From Octopus vulgaris (taxonomy: Eukaryota), in the NCBI GenBank assembly GCA_951406725.2, contig OX597826.1, positions 11,966,001 through 12,030,000 of the forward strand: a stretch of 64,000 bases of DNA, read 5' to 3'. Each line of letters starts with the position of its first letter. The stretch's first letter is position 1. Shown here in pieces: positions 41,243-55,829 of the stretch. Under the pieces are notes generated by a model. It was not told the origin of the DNA. It saw only the letters and a list, made by a program, of their open reading frames with translations, and searched no databases. A program made the translations under genes and the position numbers.

Positions 41243-41768
41243 TTGTATGGAGAGAAAGGTTGAGAGAAGTAAGTGTGACAGATATATTGAGTGTGAAGTA
41301 GGAACCCTTGCGTTTGCTGTATTTTATGACTAGCAAGAGGACATTCAACAAATATCAATATATCAATATTATAAGCGGACAACGTATGAAAAAAAATCTC
41401 TTTAGAAAGTGAAAGACGAACATGAAAGTATGAATTCGTTAGGAAGAATTTTATGCGGTAGCATAACAATGTAACAGACACATGGGGGCCAGCATAAAGC
41501 ATAATTGTCTTGATTTGGACACTAACACTGTGCATGGTTTCATTATAACAATTTATGATTTGCAGCATTGGTACCAGCACACACAATTGGATGAGAAATA
41601 TAATTGATTAAATCGACTCCAGTATTTGTCTGATACTATATTCTGTCACTCCCGGAAGCATGCGAGGCAAAGGTGAAGTTTATACATTAGTGGTGTGTAA
41701 TATCGTCAGAAGGCTACGTAGTGTGTAGAATGAGCTTAATTAGCTAAATCAGTTTCATTGTTAAATGG

Positions 41769-41985
41769 TAAGGTGGGGAGCTGGCATTACCGTTAGCACA
41801 CCGAGCAAAATGCGTAGCAATATTTCGTCCATCTTTATGTTCTGAGTTCAAATTATGACGAGATCGACATTGCCTTACATCCTTTCGAGGTTCAGGAAAT
41901 AAGTACTAGTTACGCACTGGGTTCGATGTAATCGATTATCTCCTCCCTCGAGGTTTCATGCCCTGTGCCCATAGTAGAAAGGATT
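41769..41985 (+). mobile_element. SINE family 2 copy
   Basis: AAGGTGGGGAGCTGGCA head; TTCTGAGTTCAAATT. Confidence 0.75.
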
Positions 41986-44132
41986 GTTAAATAGTTCTTA
42001 ACTGATAAACTTCGAAATAATGGAAAGCAAAGTCGACCTTGGTGCGATTTGAACGCAGAGTGCAAGTACATGTAGCTAAATTCGGCGTGATCGTTTGGAT
42101 ACCAGCACTTCACAGTCACTTTATTTTATCGACCTGGAATTGAAGAAAGACTTAGCGAAATAAAAGAAACGACTATATTTCTTAATTCATTATGAGAACT
42201 AGATAGATTATTTGAAATGTTTTGAGAAAAAAATGCATAGCCAAGCAGATATACCTTAAGTCGTACGTATCCATTTCAATTTTCTTCTGATTAACATGCT
42301 TCTAGATATTTCAGGATTCTTTAGGTGCAGTTTGACTTTGCTTATACTAGTGTTTAATCTCTTTATTGCATTGATTTAACTGTTATTTTACGTAACAAAC
42401 TTTTGCAGCTGAGAGATCGGGGAGCGATAGTTATAAAAGATTTGAAATTTGAAGAAGTGAACAGTTAGCGTTTTGTCTAATTCATCAAACTATTCCGCAT
42501 TTACACTGCATTTAACGTACAATATCAAGATTAAGTCAATTGTTTTACCCAAGGGAGACAAAACAAAAGCTGCATTTCAAAATGGACCCACTGGATTGGA
42601 GAAAATGAGATGCGACATGATATAAAGTCGGGACACCAATTCCAAAGTATTAATTTATTTATGCATGCATCGGTGTGAAGGAATTTTATGAATGAATACA
42701 AGTGTAAATATCAACATTTATTTCAAAACCAAACTTATTTTAAGGGTTTCAAGGGATTATATCTCCAAGAAATTATCTCAAATGACTTGTGTGATCTTAT
42801 GTAAATTCAAAATGTCCTTCACAGACGAAACAAATGTAAGGTAAGTTTCATATCGTCCAGTCAACCAAACATTGTTGGCCAATATACGTCCAACACCGAC
42901 GATCCTTATTGACTTTTTACTTAGAAACGAACTTTTTACTTAGAAACGAGCTTAATTAACTAGCGTTAGTTAATTGGAATCTCACGAACCTAGTGATCTA
43001 TATGGATAATGATTATTCCACAGGCAGGCTCAAGAAGAAATAAACGAGTGTCGTAAGGACTTAAGAAAGTAACTTTTTAGGACGTTGGCTTTCTCCATTT
43101 TTAATAGCACTGAATGTATTAGACGCTTCGGAGAAGTTTCCTATTTTATAATACTGTATGATAACTTCGTTGTATGATACTACAAATGTCAAGAGCAATA
43201 ATCTAATAAGTAATACAGTAGGGAAAACATACATTGAGAATAATTTTAATTTTGTGAAAGAAGTCGCCATTGTTATAAAAAGAATTTAAAAGTTAAGTTT
43301 GGTAGCTCTGAAGGCTTCCACTTTATGAGTGTCAAGCGAAATTCAATCAGCTATATTCCAGTTCTTTTCGGGCTGTAATCTATGCAGAAATGCTATACAC
43401 AAGCGAGGGAGGCTAGATAGTCCATTAGTTTAATCTAGGATTAAACCGGCATCACTGACGAATTATCATAAGCTTACTACAACTGTATTTACAGAATATT
43501 TTGACTAAAAAACAATATCATTCAATGTCTCATTTGAATAGTGAGAAATCCAATGTTTTGTTGTCACTCTTGGCGAGACTCATAACGAAACTGATGTATG
43601 CTTTAAGCTTCGATGGCATAATTTTGAGCAGTGCCGCACTGTATTCTCATGACCAAAACATTTCTATCTTTTTACTTAAACCATTTAACTATGAATAAAA
43701 CGTATACATAAAGATTGGGTTAAGCAATGAGTCAAAATGCATTGACAGTCTCGGATTACTAAATAACTAGCAATTGTTAAAAATTGTACTCTTGAGGTTC
43801 CCGACAAAAAAAAAATTGAGTGGACAATTCATGATATTTGATTCTGCTTTATAGAATACTGGTGTCTAATATTAATAAATCAACCCCGATATGAAAGAGT
43901 AAAACGCTCAATGTTTTAAAACAATAGTCAAAAGTGTATTGAACTGATAAACCTGAGAAGATATTCAACGAATCAGGAAGGATTAAATAACCCATGTCCT
44001 AAATACTAAGAATTTAGCAATAATAAATGCCTAGTTCTTTGATTAATGGTGTCTTCATAGAAATGAATCAATCCAAAAATTCGAAATTGAGTTCATAAAG
44101 AGCTAAACAAAATACTGTATAGTTGTAATATA

Positions 44133-44349
44133 CGAGAGGGTGTCGAAAAGTTCCTGGCTTTAAGGGTATCGTGCAAGGCCTGGTAGGAGGCCCAAACTTC
44201 CAAGTTCTTTCACAGGGCTTAGAAAACTGAAGGAGCACTGCAATAAGTGTGTGAATCTGAGTGGGAAATATGTTGGATAAAATCATAGTCAACTGATACA
44301 ACTGTATTTTCTTTTACCCAAACCCAGGAACTCTTCAGCACCCACCCGT
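44133..44349. mobile_element. Mariner-derived MITE (second copy at ~63520-63728)
   Basis: TA-CGAGAGGGTGTCGAAAAGTTCCTGG...CCAGGAACTCTTCAGCACCCACCCG imperfect TIRs; the interior is shared with the 63.5-kb copy. Confidence 0.7.
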
Positions 44350-44404
44350 GCATGAAGATTCAATCAATATTTCTAACTGGAAATAAGTATGTTCTTCGTT
44401 TCAG

Positions 44405-44583
44405 GTGTTGCTCATAATTTGTGGTGCCAAAGCAAAAGGTACAGCAGAAATAAAATTGCTTAAGTTTGTCAATCCAACTGGAAATACTTTTTACGGTTCA
44501 TGTTGTGATTACAAGGGATTTTGGTCTTTCGAATGTACCGAATGCGACCATGCGTTTAAGATATGTATCGGGAACACAACAGA
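44405..44583 (+). CDS. Exon A of a Notch-ligand N-terminal (MNNL/C2) domain protein
   Basis: Acceptor ttcgtttcag and donor gtaagt; VLLIICGAKAKGTAEIKLLKFVNPTGNTFYGSCCD...CTECDHAFKICI matches the Delta/Serrate GxxELxLxxFxNxxG...GxCC...CxxxFxxC pattern; ends in phase 2. Confidence 0.85.
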
Positions 44584-46680
44584 GTAAGTTTATCATTTTT
44601 TTCTTCTGCATTGTAATAATATAAATTTTTTAAAAATCGAATTTATATTCACAATAATATTGACACCCTTACTTCATAGATGCCAGGAAGGGATTGATAT
44701 GTATTTTATCGATTCAGAAATTTATTTGATCGCATTTGAACTTGGATTCAGATTCCAGAGAAATAAAAACTAAGAGCAAACTATGCTGTTTCTTATTTTA
44801 CTAGAGATTAGTTAACTTTCGGCCTACAAGATAATATATTAGGCAACGTATTTCATCAATTATTCTTCGCAACTGAAGCACATTTATGATTTTGAAGGAA
44901 TTTTCCAGGTTTGTTGATTGGTTTTACCGACGTCTTCTCGGCGAGCACATATATTTCAATCGCTCAATCAACCAAACTCTAATCAGATGCCGTCTGGTGA
45001 TATATTGGATTAATATAAGCTCTAACACTACAAGCAAGATGAGAGTTTTGTTCGTTTGTAACACTGACTTCAGTCTCACGATTATTGCTTGGAGAACAAT
45101 GGACTTTACAGTAATGATTAGTTTTAAATGCACAATGTCAGCGCCAGATATATCGGTGACGCTCATGCAAGTTAATAACTTATAGAAACCTTTATATGAT
45201 TATATTAGTACGAATTTATAATTATCATTGATGTACATTTACTAATTCCTGCAAATAGAAAAACCACTTACTCGATATAACAGGATTTTAAGCATACTAA
45301 TTTGTGAATAGTTTGCATTTCAATAAAGTTTGACTAAATAGTTTAAAGTTTCTGTAACTGACAAAATAACAGATTATCGTTTCATAATATTGGGTCCTTT
45401 TTTTATTTACAAATACAGGATCTCATTTTAAACAAAAGTATTTTAATATTTTCTGTTTATCGTATATATGCGATAGCAAGACGGTCATGCACTGATCAGA
45501 CTTGGTTCTAAAATTGGAGTTCTGATTTAGTTTACAGGTTTTGTATAGAAGAATAGCAAAGTAAAAGACTAACTCCACAAAGCTCCATCTGTAACTTGAT
45601 TTTTATAAACTAGTCATACGCAAAATTTTACCATAACTTTTCTAGTCAAAAAAAAAAAAAAACGAACATAGACAGATTTATAATTTTTCATTAAGAAGCC
45701 TATTTATGAACTGAAACAGGAATCTTTCCAAGGATAACTACAGAATACGTATCCTCATGATTTGGTTAGGTTTTAAGATCTGCCGCTATTTGTTTAAGCC
45801 ATCGGAATTATATTTGTTGAGTTATCGTTTGAAAACTTTATTTCATTTATTTCATTAACTTTTTTTTATTCATTTTATCTCAATCAAAGTAACTCCAATA
45901 GGTTCCACATTTACAAGACTGGTCAAATTTAGAAAACTGTTTAAAATTTGCATAACTCGTCAAATTACCAAAGTTTTCTCCCGCGAAGTGGAAATATTAG
46001 TATGCAAGAAATCACATTACCAATTAGGCAGATTTTTATTTCAGAGAAAACATAGTAAAATTTACTCACGTACTGGAGAAATTTCTTGAGAAATAATAAA
46101 TACCAAGAGGATACACTAATCAGGATCGATATATCGAATTGTATTTACATCATTTGGATAACCACTCGGCAAACAAAATACATACTTGTAAGTTTTAAAT
46201 AGAAAATAAATTATATTTGGTTCCGTCTCTGCTATAAAATGGCGTCGTGAAAACGTGAGCAAATTTAATACAATTTGCATAAATGAAACTTTTGTTGATG
46301 GAATGTGTAAATACATTAATATGGCTAATTTCCCTGGACAATAACTTTTGAAACTGTCTGGGGTGATTTAAAAGTAATCTTTCTATAGAAACAAAAGACC
46401 ACTGCATTAAACTAGCTGTTGTGTTCAAACTTGTTTTCCTACAGTTTATGTCCTAACTTGAATAAACTAGCATCCTTAGATAAATTAATGATAAATGTAC
46501 GAATAATGTATACTTTTCTAGCCTGGATTAAAAGCAAGAAATTATTTCTTTTCCTATCATAGAATGATTTCTTCATAGTAAAAGTCATCTGCTGGCGATC
46601 CAAGTTTTTAATCTGATCCATACTTGCTTGCTGAAGACAGATCGCTTATTTACTCCCCTGTTATTACTCAGCTAAAGACA

Positions 46681-46920
46681 TAGTTAGTTAGTTAATTTTT
46701 GGCTCAAAAGCAAATAGCAAGGTCATGTAGGGGGACATGGAGTTAAGTACAGGGTGGTGTTCATGTAAAGAGTTCAGGCCACTTGAGGTCAAGGGAGACT
46801 TTAAAAAAAGCGGTCGTCGGCATCTTCACCATCTCGTCTGGCAGCTTGTTCCACGGATCCGCAACCCGGACGGAGAAAGCTCCTCTCCTTCGATTGAGAT
46901 GAAATCGTCGCAGGTTTATC
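46681..46920 (-). mobile_element. CR1 LINE 3' end with (TAAC)n tail
   Basis: Minus-strand FSVRVADPWNKLPDEMV...FKVSLD, ending in (CTAA)n. Confidence 0.8.
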
Positions 46921-47797
46921 TCAAAACCAAGTTTTGCCGTGATTTAAAGCAAATGTATTTTGGATGAACGAGAAATCATCATTTTTCATGGTAATCATTC
47001 AGAATTATTAGGAAAATGCATCAAATCTGCAGGACTTGAGGAAATATTGTGTCTAATTAACGCTAAATAACTCACTCGTTGGCTGACTGATCCAGTTTAA
47101 AATCAAGTCCACGAAACAAGCCCTATCTCTCCGAATCATCACATTATACCAATTTATAGCATTATCAAGTGTATTGATCATGTAGAAAGTGTCGGTTTGG
47201 CGACGACCTATCGAGTTGACATTTTGTCGATTATGCTAAAAACAATTCCAAATATACCTGTACATGAATAGCAGATCACAAATGCTGTTCCTCATAATAC
47301 TATTAACAGAAATTGGGCATAGATAGGTAGCTATGTAATGTAATATCTTCCTTTGTCTATAGATATCTTTAACTTTCCCATCCCACTATCGCTCCCATTC
47401 TTTCTCATTCTCTGTACACGCATACACACTTATGTACATATGTGCGTCTGTGTATGTTTGCATGTATCCATGTATGTGTGTGTGTGTGTAATATTTATAA
47501 ATAACACAGCATGTATTAGGAAACCTAAACTGCACTACTTCGATGTGATACGTTAAAATATATATATATATATGTATGTATGCATTCTGAATGTATGCAT
47601 GCGTGTGTGAGTGTGTGTGCACACGTGTGTGTGTGTGCGTGTGTGTATGTATACGTATGTAATATATACATATAGAGATGCATGAATTCAGAAAACGTGG
47701 CTATCGCAGAAAGCTGCTCTAACGGACACGGCTATCAGACCACATCACAATACAATACAGACAAGTGTATATAATGCTCATTTCTATACACATGTAG

Positions 47798-47927
47798 GTC
47801 AAGTAGCATGGACACATGTGAATTTGGGAAGCTGACTACAGGAGCAGTAAAGAAAAATGAAATTCAATTTACCTCTGACATCGGTGGAACTAAAAACCCT
47901 CTAAAATTCTCCATCAACACTATGCCG
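47798..47927 (+). CDS. Exon B of the MNNL/C2 domain protein
   Basis: ag acceptor and gtgagt donor; 130 nt, phase 2 to 0; SSSMDTCEFGKLTTGAVKKNEIQFTSDIGGTKNPLKFSINTMP, matching the CxFG...T and NPxxF...P motifs. Confidence 0.85.
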
Positions 47928-47962
47928 GTGAGTATAAAAAGGCTTTTGTTAATACAAGTACT

Positions 47963-48215
47963 GTGAAGGCACGTGGCCTAGTAGTCAGGCTGTTGCACTC
48001 ACGGTCGCTAGCTCGTGGGTTCGATTCCCTGAATGCGCTGCGCTCTTGAGCAAAACACTTCATTTCACATTGTTCCAACCCCAATTTGATCAGATGTTGG
48101 CCTGCTTGCGTAGCCAGCGGGATGGTATCATTTGAATGCTTAAAATTGCAAAAGCGCATTGTGACCAGCGATGTGTAACAACGTCTTATAGCTAGGTCGG
48201 TCAGGTTATCACACG
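47963..48215 (+). mobile_element. SINE family 3-like copy
   Basis: TGGCCTAGTAG A-box-like and GGTTCGATTCC B-box; CTTGAGCAAAACACTT; TGTGACCAGCGATGTGT. Confidence 0.75.
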
Positions 48216-48768
48216 ACAACAAATATTATTTGATTTTTCGGCAAGTATAAGAGGATTTTTATTTATACAGTAAATATTATTTGATTTTTACATGGTAAGA
48301 TTTGCAACCTATAGAATTGATTAAATGTGGACTTACGCAACTGATGTTTGAATAAATTGATAGTTTTGCACAATTTTGAACCTAAAGTTTGGAAGAGAAA
48401 CATCTCGATAGTAACAAAACCACCAGAATACACCTCTGATTTGGTAGTCTTTGTAATTTGTGAAGTATGCACTCATTTACATCTCGCCCACCAACATTCA
48501 TTATTTTAGTTAATAGAATAACTTGAAATGCCAGTGCAGGGGTCACTTCAGCGCACATATACCTGGATGGTTTAAGGCTTTACTTTTCAGCTACATAGTT
48601 CGGTGTTCGATACTAATACAAGGCTATTATGGTTAAGAGTTGAATTTGATAGACAGAAGCTATACATGTTTTCATATCTCTCAAACTTTCTTAATTGATA
48701 TAATGTAAACGACTTGCAACTCTTGTAAGATGGAAGTTCATAAATAGACGGAGAAAAATTGTATTATT

Positions 48769-48840
48769 GCCTTGGTATAGTGGTTAGACTGTCTGTCATG
48801 TTTACAGGAAATGTAGGTTCGAGTCCGACAGGATGCTACC
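48769..48840 (+). other. tRNA-like sequence (SINE head or tRNA pseudogene)
   Basis: TGGTATAGTGGTTA, stem CTGT/ACAG with a 7-nt loop, GGTTCGAGTCC; acceptor and T stems are imperfect. Confidence 0.5.
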
Positions 48841-49702
48841 GATTTCTTGGTTCCATTCAATGTTTGATTTTGAACCAAATGTTATTTATGCTTTCATCTT
48901 CTTCGAGTTCTACAAAAAATACTTCTTATCTCACGAAATTTCGAAATTATTGTTCACCCTCCGGATAATTTTGGGTGTTTAACAATCATAAATCCTTTTC
49001 TTTGTCGGGTTCGAAGTCACTTTTCCCCACACTAATATTTAATTTGATAATTTTCAGTTTTCAAAAAAAATAAAAACACTAACTAATGCGGGGCAAAGTG
49101 GGTAATGAATAATTTCAAAAATTTCTTTACTTCAACAACATGGCGCGTAAATATATCAGGAAGAAAGCCACTGCAGCAGATCGTGAAGGAGCCCTCGAGA
49201 ATATTTTAAGTCGTGTTTTTATGTTAAGTGAAGTTTCTTTAATTATCATATCATGTGTCATTTTTCCATGATCCTCTTTCATGTGCTATAAACATCTAAC
49301 TTTTTTGCTACATTTCTGATATTTTCGCAGTAAATATTGTGCCACCACCTTACAATATTGCGTAATTAACAGGCAACTAAATTGCTATCGCTTCTCCAAA
49401 GTTCAACTAACTGAAGACTGTGCAAATAAATGTATATAAAGAAAATACAACACAAGTGGATTAAATTGAATTTCTCGTAATGAGTGTAGAATCGCAGATG
49501 ATAACGTACCCATCCAGGCATCTGGTCTACGGCAAACATTTACAAACAAATATCAGAAAACTTAATACTGAAAAAGCACATTTTATATATTTGCAAGCAT
49601 GTCTCTATTTAATCAATACTGAAAGTAAATGAGTTATGATTTTAAATATTAGAATAGGGTACTTAACTATGTTGGCTATCAGTCGCAAATACGTTGGATA
49701 TA

Positions 49703-49888
49703 CAGTAATCCATCGACCATCAGGATTGTTACGTTCCAAAACACACTGCGATGGGTGAAAATCCCCGAAGTAGTAACAATACTGTATATTTTAAAGATTA
49801 TTTTTATAAGGAATCAACGTAAGCTTAAATAATAAACCGCGATAAGTGAAACGCATTAGGTGAACCGCGATATGGCGAAGGATTACAG
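49703..49888. mobile_element. Pogo/Tigger-like MITE
   Basis: TA-CAGTAATCCATCG...CGAAGGATTACAG-TA, an imperfect TIR with TA flanks. Confidence 0.65.
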
Positions 49889-49984
49889 TATTCTGAAAAA
49901 AAAAAAAAGACTGACTTTAGTCTCGAATTCAATTTCCATTAATTACTTCTTCGGTTCCACATCTAATTTCCCCACTTTTAATGT

Positions 49985-50305
49985 AATCACGTGGCTTAGT
50001 GCTCAGAGTATTCAGTTCACGATCGTAAGGTCATGAGTTCAATTCTCGGTGACGCACTGTGTCCTTGAGCAAGGCACTTCATTTCACGTTACTCCAGTCC
50101 ACTCAGCTGACAAAAATGAGTAGTACTTGTATTTCAAAGGGCCAACCTTGTCACATTCAGTGTCACACTGAATCTGCCTCAGAATTGCGTTAAGGGTACG
50201 CGTATCTGTGGAGTGCTCAGCCACTTGCACATTAATTTCACGTGCAGGCTATTCCGTTGATTGAATCAAATGGAAAACTTGTCGTCGCAACCGACGAAGT
50301 GCCGG
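49985..50305 (+). mobile_element. tRNA-derived SINE (family 3-like head)
   Basis: GTGGCTTAGTG...GAGTTCAATTC...GTGTCCTTGAGCAAGGCACTT. Confidence 0.7.
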
Positions 50306-51429
50306 TATAATGTAATCGTATTATTTTTATTTCTGAACCACTTTCACAATTCTTTACGTCATCTTTGTATTTACATAATGATGGAAATTATAAACACATT
50401 ATTGGAATCAAAATTAGAGGCTTTAATACATCTATTTTGTTACATTGTAGATCCTAGTTTATGTTTACCAAAATTATTCACTGTTGTATTATTATGCAAA
50501 CGAACTGTAACATCTCTGAAGAGAATCATATTCACCTAACAAGCTAAAACCCAAATATTCCGCAGTTTGATATTCTATTTCTATAGCAGATCCAATCACC
50601 AATTTTTAAACTAAAGAATTACAAAAAAAATAAATATTGGCTGTGATATGTAATGATTTTAAAAACGGAATGTATCTGATTTCTAATTTCGATGCAAAGA
50701 AATTGATTTACTCCATTCAAAATATAGAAGAAAGATGTGAATTTAAAAACGTTTCAGGTTTTTGTCTTGTATTTAATCTTGTAGGTAATTGAAAGCATAG
50801 GAAATTTATTGATTATATGTGTGTAAATGATAGACGAAAACCAGCAAAAAAAATGATAATAACTTTGGTGACACTGTCTAGGCAAGTTTACAATTTCGCT
50901 TCTCTTTCTCATATAAAGAATAGAAACGCTGGTTTTCTGCGATGAATTTTGAATAAATACTCTACAAAACTTCTTATTTCTATTAAAAGTTAATTTGAGT
51001 AAATCTTGAACTTTCAACCCCAGAACTCAATCTTGGAAACTTTTTAATTGACACATATTCAATTCTTGCGTTTAATCAATGAAACTGGTTTTCTCTTGTA
51101 TCTTATATCTTCATAAATTGCTACAAATTAAAAATTGTCAGAAGAATAGAAAAAGATAATTTAGAAATTAACTTTTACATACGATATCCTGTTTTATATA
51201 AAAGGTATGTTTAAGTAAATTTTAACCTCCACTACCATTTCTTACTGCTAAAACTCTTCACATATTAACAATGCTTTCTAGAGGTTTTCAATATACAATT
51301 CATGAATATATGGGTTTGTTTATAAATGTTATATATAGTATAAATATTGTCGCTTCAAATCGGATAATATATTTTGTTATGATATATCGGTGAATGGAAC
51401 ATTAATCCTTTCCAACATTCTGGTGCACA

Positions 51430-51805
51430 TTGATCCCAATACTCAACCTATTTTATCGAGCCCAAAACGATGAACGTATATTCGAACTTCGCAGAACGTC
51501 AACGTAGAGACGAACGAAATACAGTTAAGCATTTTGTCCTGCGTGCTAACGACTTCTGCTAGCTCGCCACCTTAATGAAATGGAATAATAATGGTGTAAA
51601 ATTTTGGCACAAGGCCAGCAATTTCGGGGGAGGGGGAAAGTTGATTATATCGACCCCAGTCCTCAACTGATACTTATTTTATCGAGTCCGAAAGGATGTA
51701 AAGCAAATTCGACCTTGGCGGATGTGAACTCCGAACGTGGAGGCGGACGAAATAGCTCTAAACACTTTGTCCGGCGTGCTAACGATTCTAGTAGCTCGTC
51801 GCCTT
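51430..51805 (-). mobile_element. Two adjacent degenerate SINE family 2 copies
   Basis: GCTCGCCACCTTAA at ~51563 and GCTCGTCGCCTTAA at ~51794. Confidence 0.7.
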
Positions 51806-52406
51806 AATGGGATGAAATAATATTGAAGTGAATAAGTACACACCTAAGGAATCTTATAATGAGTATGAGTTGCACTTCAATACTTTCAGTTCAATTTTGA
51901 TTTGCACATTTCTGTGTTTAATAATGCCAGTAGTAAGTATTGAATTAACCTAACCCATTACATTCTGCCATAATACCAACAGAGGCTTTTGCAGACGAGT
52001 GACGCTTCAATGCTATTTCTCCTTTGTTCTAATAACAGCCAATGTCAAATCACATCATAGTATTATTTAAAATATTAACAAATTGAATAACGTAGTCCAA
52101 TAAATATTGCGTTTGTGAAAAACACAATACGCTTTGGTGAGACAGAACCTTTTTAATCACAATTCTATCTTAGAGGGTATGATCTTTGGATAAAAAGGCC
52201 TGAAATCTGGAAAAGTGGATTAGTCGAGTTAATGGACAACAATACTTAGGTGTTATCTTATTTTAGTCTCACGGAAAAGATGGAAGGCAAAATCAACCCC
52301 GTCGGAATTCGAACCCAGAACGCAAAAAGCCGGAAGTAATGCTACTGAGTATTCTGCTCAACGTGCTTGCGATTCTGCCAGCACGCTGTATTAATATTAT
52401 GTCTAA

Positions 52407-52790
52407 CTAGCAGTATCGCCCGGCGTTGCTCAGGTTTGTAAGGGAAATAACTATAAAGCATTTTTAGAGAGTTATAGCCAAAAAATAGCAAAAAAATGGA
52501 AAAAAAATGATGGTAAATTTTTTTGAGAGTTAAAACAGGTGGAGTTGCGTCCCCTAGACGGTCTGTGGTTTGGGTTTCTCATTCTCGACCCCATGTCGAA
52601 TTTATCGATTTTTTTCAGAACTGGGGGAACTTTTCAAAATTTTCGCTGCGTTAGTTTTGAATTATGACATTGGGCTATGTGTGTATCAAGTTTCATCAGA
52701 ATCGGTTCAAAGCCGTGGTCAGGGTGAGGGTACGAGAAAACAGACACACAGAAACACGCACAGACAAACTGCCGTTTATATAGAGAGAGA
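52407..52790 (-). mobile_element. Non-autonomous Helitron
   Basis: The minus strand starts A|TCTCTCTCTATATAAA and ends with hairpin CCTGAGCAACGCCGGG followed by CTAG|T. Confidence 0.8.
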
Positions 52791-53557
52791 TAAACTTGAT
52801 TTATTTGCTTGTTTGTTGTCAAAATGCGATTCCAAGACTAAATTTCTGTTTCATTAAAGTAGAAAAAAAAAATGATTATGCTAAAATATAGAATTATATA
52901 TTTGAGTGTCAGAATAACATTCAATTTAGATTAGAATCCATCATATCAATAGCAATGAGTAACATTATTGTATTAGGAATTCATCTAAGTTATAACGGTG
53001 TTGATCAGTTACAGAATCCAGTGGGTTCCCAGCGGCTCCTGGAGAAGAGATTTTCATATAATATTATTACCATACTTTAGTCTGAACGAAATTAAATCTA
53101 TGATTGGATCTGAACTCAGTGCAACAACTTTATCCATTAATTACTAAACCTTGCTATTGCTTTCACCAGTTAATTCTACCTACGCATGGTATCTATTGGA
53201 AGCTGATTGAAGTTGTCTCTGTCGTAACGGAAGTTCGCTCTATGAACGAAAGAAGATTAATAAACACCGTGCTGACTTGGCTAACTGCACACTACTATCG
53301 CCCGTACATGATTCTAATTAAAGGATGTCGTTGTGAAAAACATTTATGTAATCAATATGTTAATTAATTTCATAATTATTTTTCATCAGATCCGACCACA
53401 ATGCTTTCATTAATATTTTGTATTTATACTTCTCCAAGAACTAGCTTCATCACCTTTGATCCGCTGCAATTTCCGCCCCCAACCCCCATCAATCTATTTA
53501 TATCAAAATTACATAATTTTGCACTACCATTCTTTGTAACTCTTATTGATTCTTCAG

Positions 53558-53712
53558 AGCTTCATGAAAATCAAAATTGATGTGATAGATCAAGATGGTT
53601 TTGGAAACTTTGATTTCATTGATCATTATGAATATCCAATATTCCCCACCAATTTGACCAATCAACAAGATTCTGCAAGTCAGGAGCTGAAACTAATTGG
53701 TGAAAATTCTGA
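53558..53712 (+). CDS. Exon C of the MNNL/C2 domain protein
   Basis: ttcttcag acceptor and gtgagt donor; 155 nt, phase 0 to 2; SFMKIKIDVIDQDGFGNFDFIDHYEY...LKLIGENS, a C2-like strand-DxD-DxID pattern. Confidence 0.8.
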
Positions 53713-54439
53713 GTGAGTAATGAATGGAACTCTATTATTTGATTATCGTTTTCGTACACTTGAAAAAAAAAATGATTTCCTTCTTCTCGATAAAGTATTT
53801 CTGTTTTCCTTTATTCTTGTTAGACATAACAAAACTAGAGTCCTGTTCAATCAATTACGCACTTATAGTCACATATACCACAGGAATGGCCATCTGCAAC
53901 CAGATGATTCATTATCATTCGTTCGCTTTCCTATTCATACATAATCTGTCACCAATATTTAACGCCAGCCCCTGGCTTTCCGTGTCTTTATTAATAACCA
54001 TCACGTTGCAAGTATTTTGACGAAGTCTCCACTATGAGGGGAAATTGACGCTATATTTAGCTGGTTGCAAATACCGCAATCCACAATGAATGGCTTTTTT
54101 CACTATTTCTTTCCTCCAGTCCCAGATCTTATGTAAATATATGCTTTGTCTCTTTTTGGACAAATCCACAAACCTATCTAAGCCAAAAAGTTCCACTGTC
54201 GCATTTGTAATATAATTTTCTGGATCGAAACCTATTTTTCATCATTGCTTTACATTTTTCATATACTTGATCGCTTATCCACATGGCTTCGCATTGTAGT
54301 TAACTACTTTAGCTGATATGGTTGATATAAAAGTCACATACATACATAAATACATAATACATACATACATACAAACATACATACACACACATACACACAT
54401 GCATACATACATACATACATACATACATACATACATACA

Positions 54440-54472
<33 letters not shown>

Positions 54473-54955
54473 GAGGCACCAAGTCAGTCAGATATTCTCC
54501 GCACAGCTCGAAGGTGAATAAAATCAAAATAAGTAACAGGATGTCAAGTATTAGTGCGATACAACCGTTTCAAGAGGCTACATTTAATTGAACAATGCAA
54601 GCATTACATTAATTTAAATACCGTAGGTAGGATATAAAGGTAGGGTATATCAGAGAAAACATTGAAACTGGGGTTATCAACACTGTTGGATTCCAGACTA
54701 ATACCGAAATGTTTCATGTGTGAAAAATGCTGGTTTCAAGACGGTAGGTGTGGTGAAGAGTAAGTCATAAACCAAACAATAAAAAGGCAAAGAGATCCTT
54801 TAACACATCTTTAATGACTCGTCACAATTGTTTCTTATCAACTCTGCTTCCAGCACCAGTTTCCGCAAAATTTCCAAGAGTAAGTTTACGTAACGTTTGC
54901 GATTTCAGACATTAGACTTGCATCAACGGTGCACCCTCATCTCTATTTATCTATG

Positions 54956-55037
<82 letters not shown>

Positions 55038-55829
55038 GAGATAGATAGATAAACAAAAAGACAGATATGTATACGTATATGTATATGTATATGTGAATAT
55101 CTATATCCATAACTATAGCTATATATGTATATATCTAACTATATATATTTATTTAGATGGATACAGCCATAGATACATACGCAGGCAGATTCACATACAC
55201 ACACAGACACACATACATATATACAATATGCTTTCGAATTTAGATATAGGAGAAAAATAATATAAAGAAATGTCTTTCTGACGCGTGAAGTATCGCCTGT
55301 AATGAAAATCAATGAGAAGCGACGAAATGAATCATTACTTAGTAGTGAAGAAATAATATTCTCATATCTTTACTCAATAACTTTCTTCCCGTTTGTTTAT
55401 CCAAAATGAAAATGTGCCTGGCATTTACATGAAGTGGATAAAATTGTTAGACCCCAGAAAAGATCGGGAATAATAAATGTAAACTTTGTAAGGATTAAGA
55501 GAAGCTTCATTTTGAATAAACTTCAGAATTCTTATAGCTTCCAAAGAAGAAGATCTAAAAGTTTCGCAAAATGGATATACTTTGATAAACATTTATTGAA
55601 ACAGGGAAAATCATTATTACCACCAGACTAAACATACATTTCCTTACTGTACATTTGAGTGCAATTTCTCCTCTATTCATATTTATTATGTAATGTAGGA
55701 GCTGCAAATACTTGTATTTGTACAACTATTTGTATATGTGCAAGCAGATCAGTAATATTTCCAATCTCCTTTATCATATGGTTTCCATTTCATTTTTTAA
55801 TTCTATTTTCCTCTACTTCCTTTATATAG

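Noticed and set aside
48769-48840. Functional tRNA gene
   Set aside because: The acceptor stem does not close and the T-stem has a mismatch; more likely a SINE head or pseudogene.
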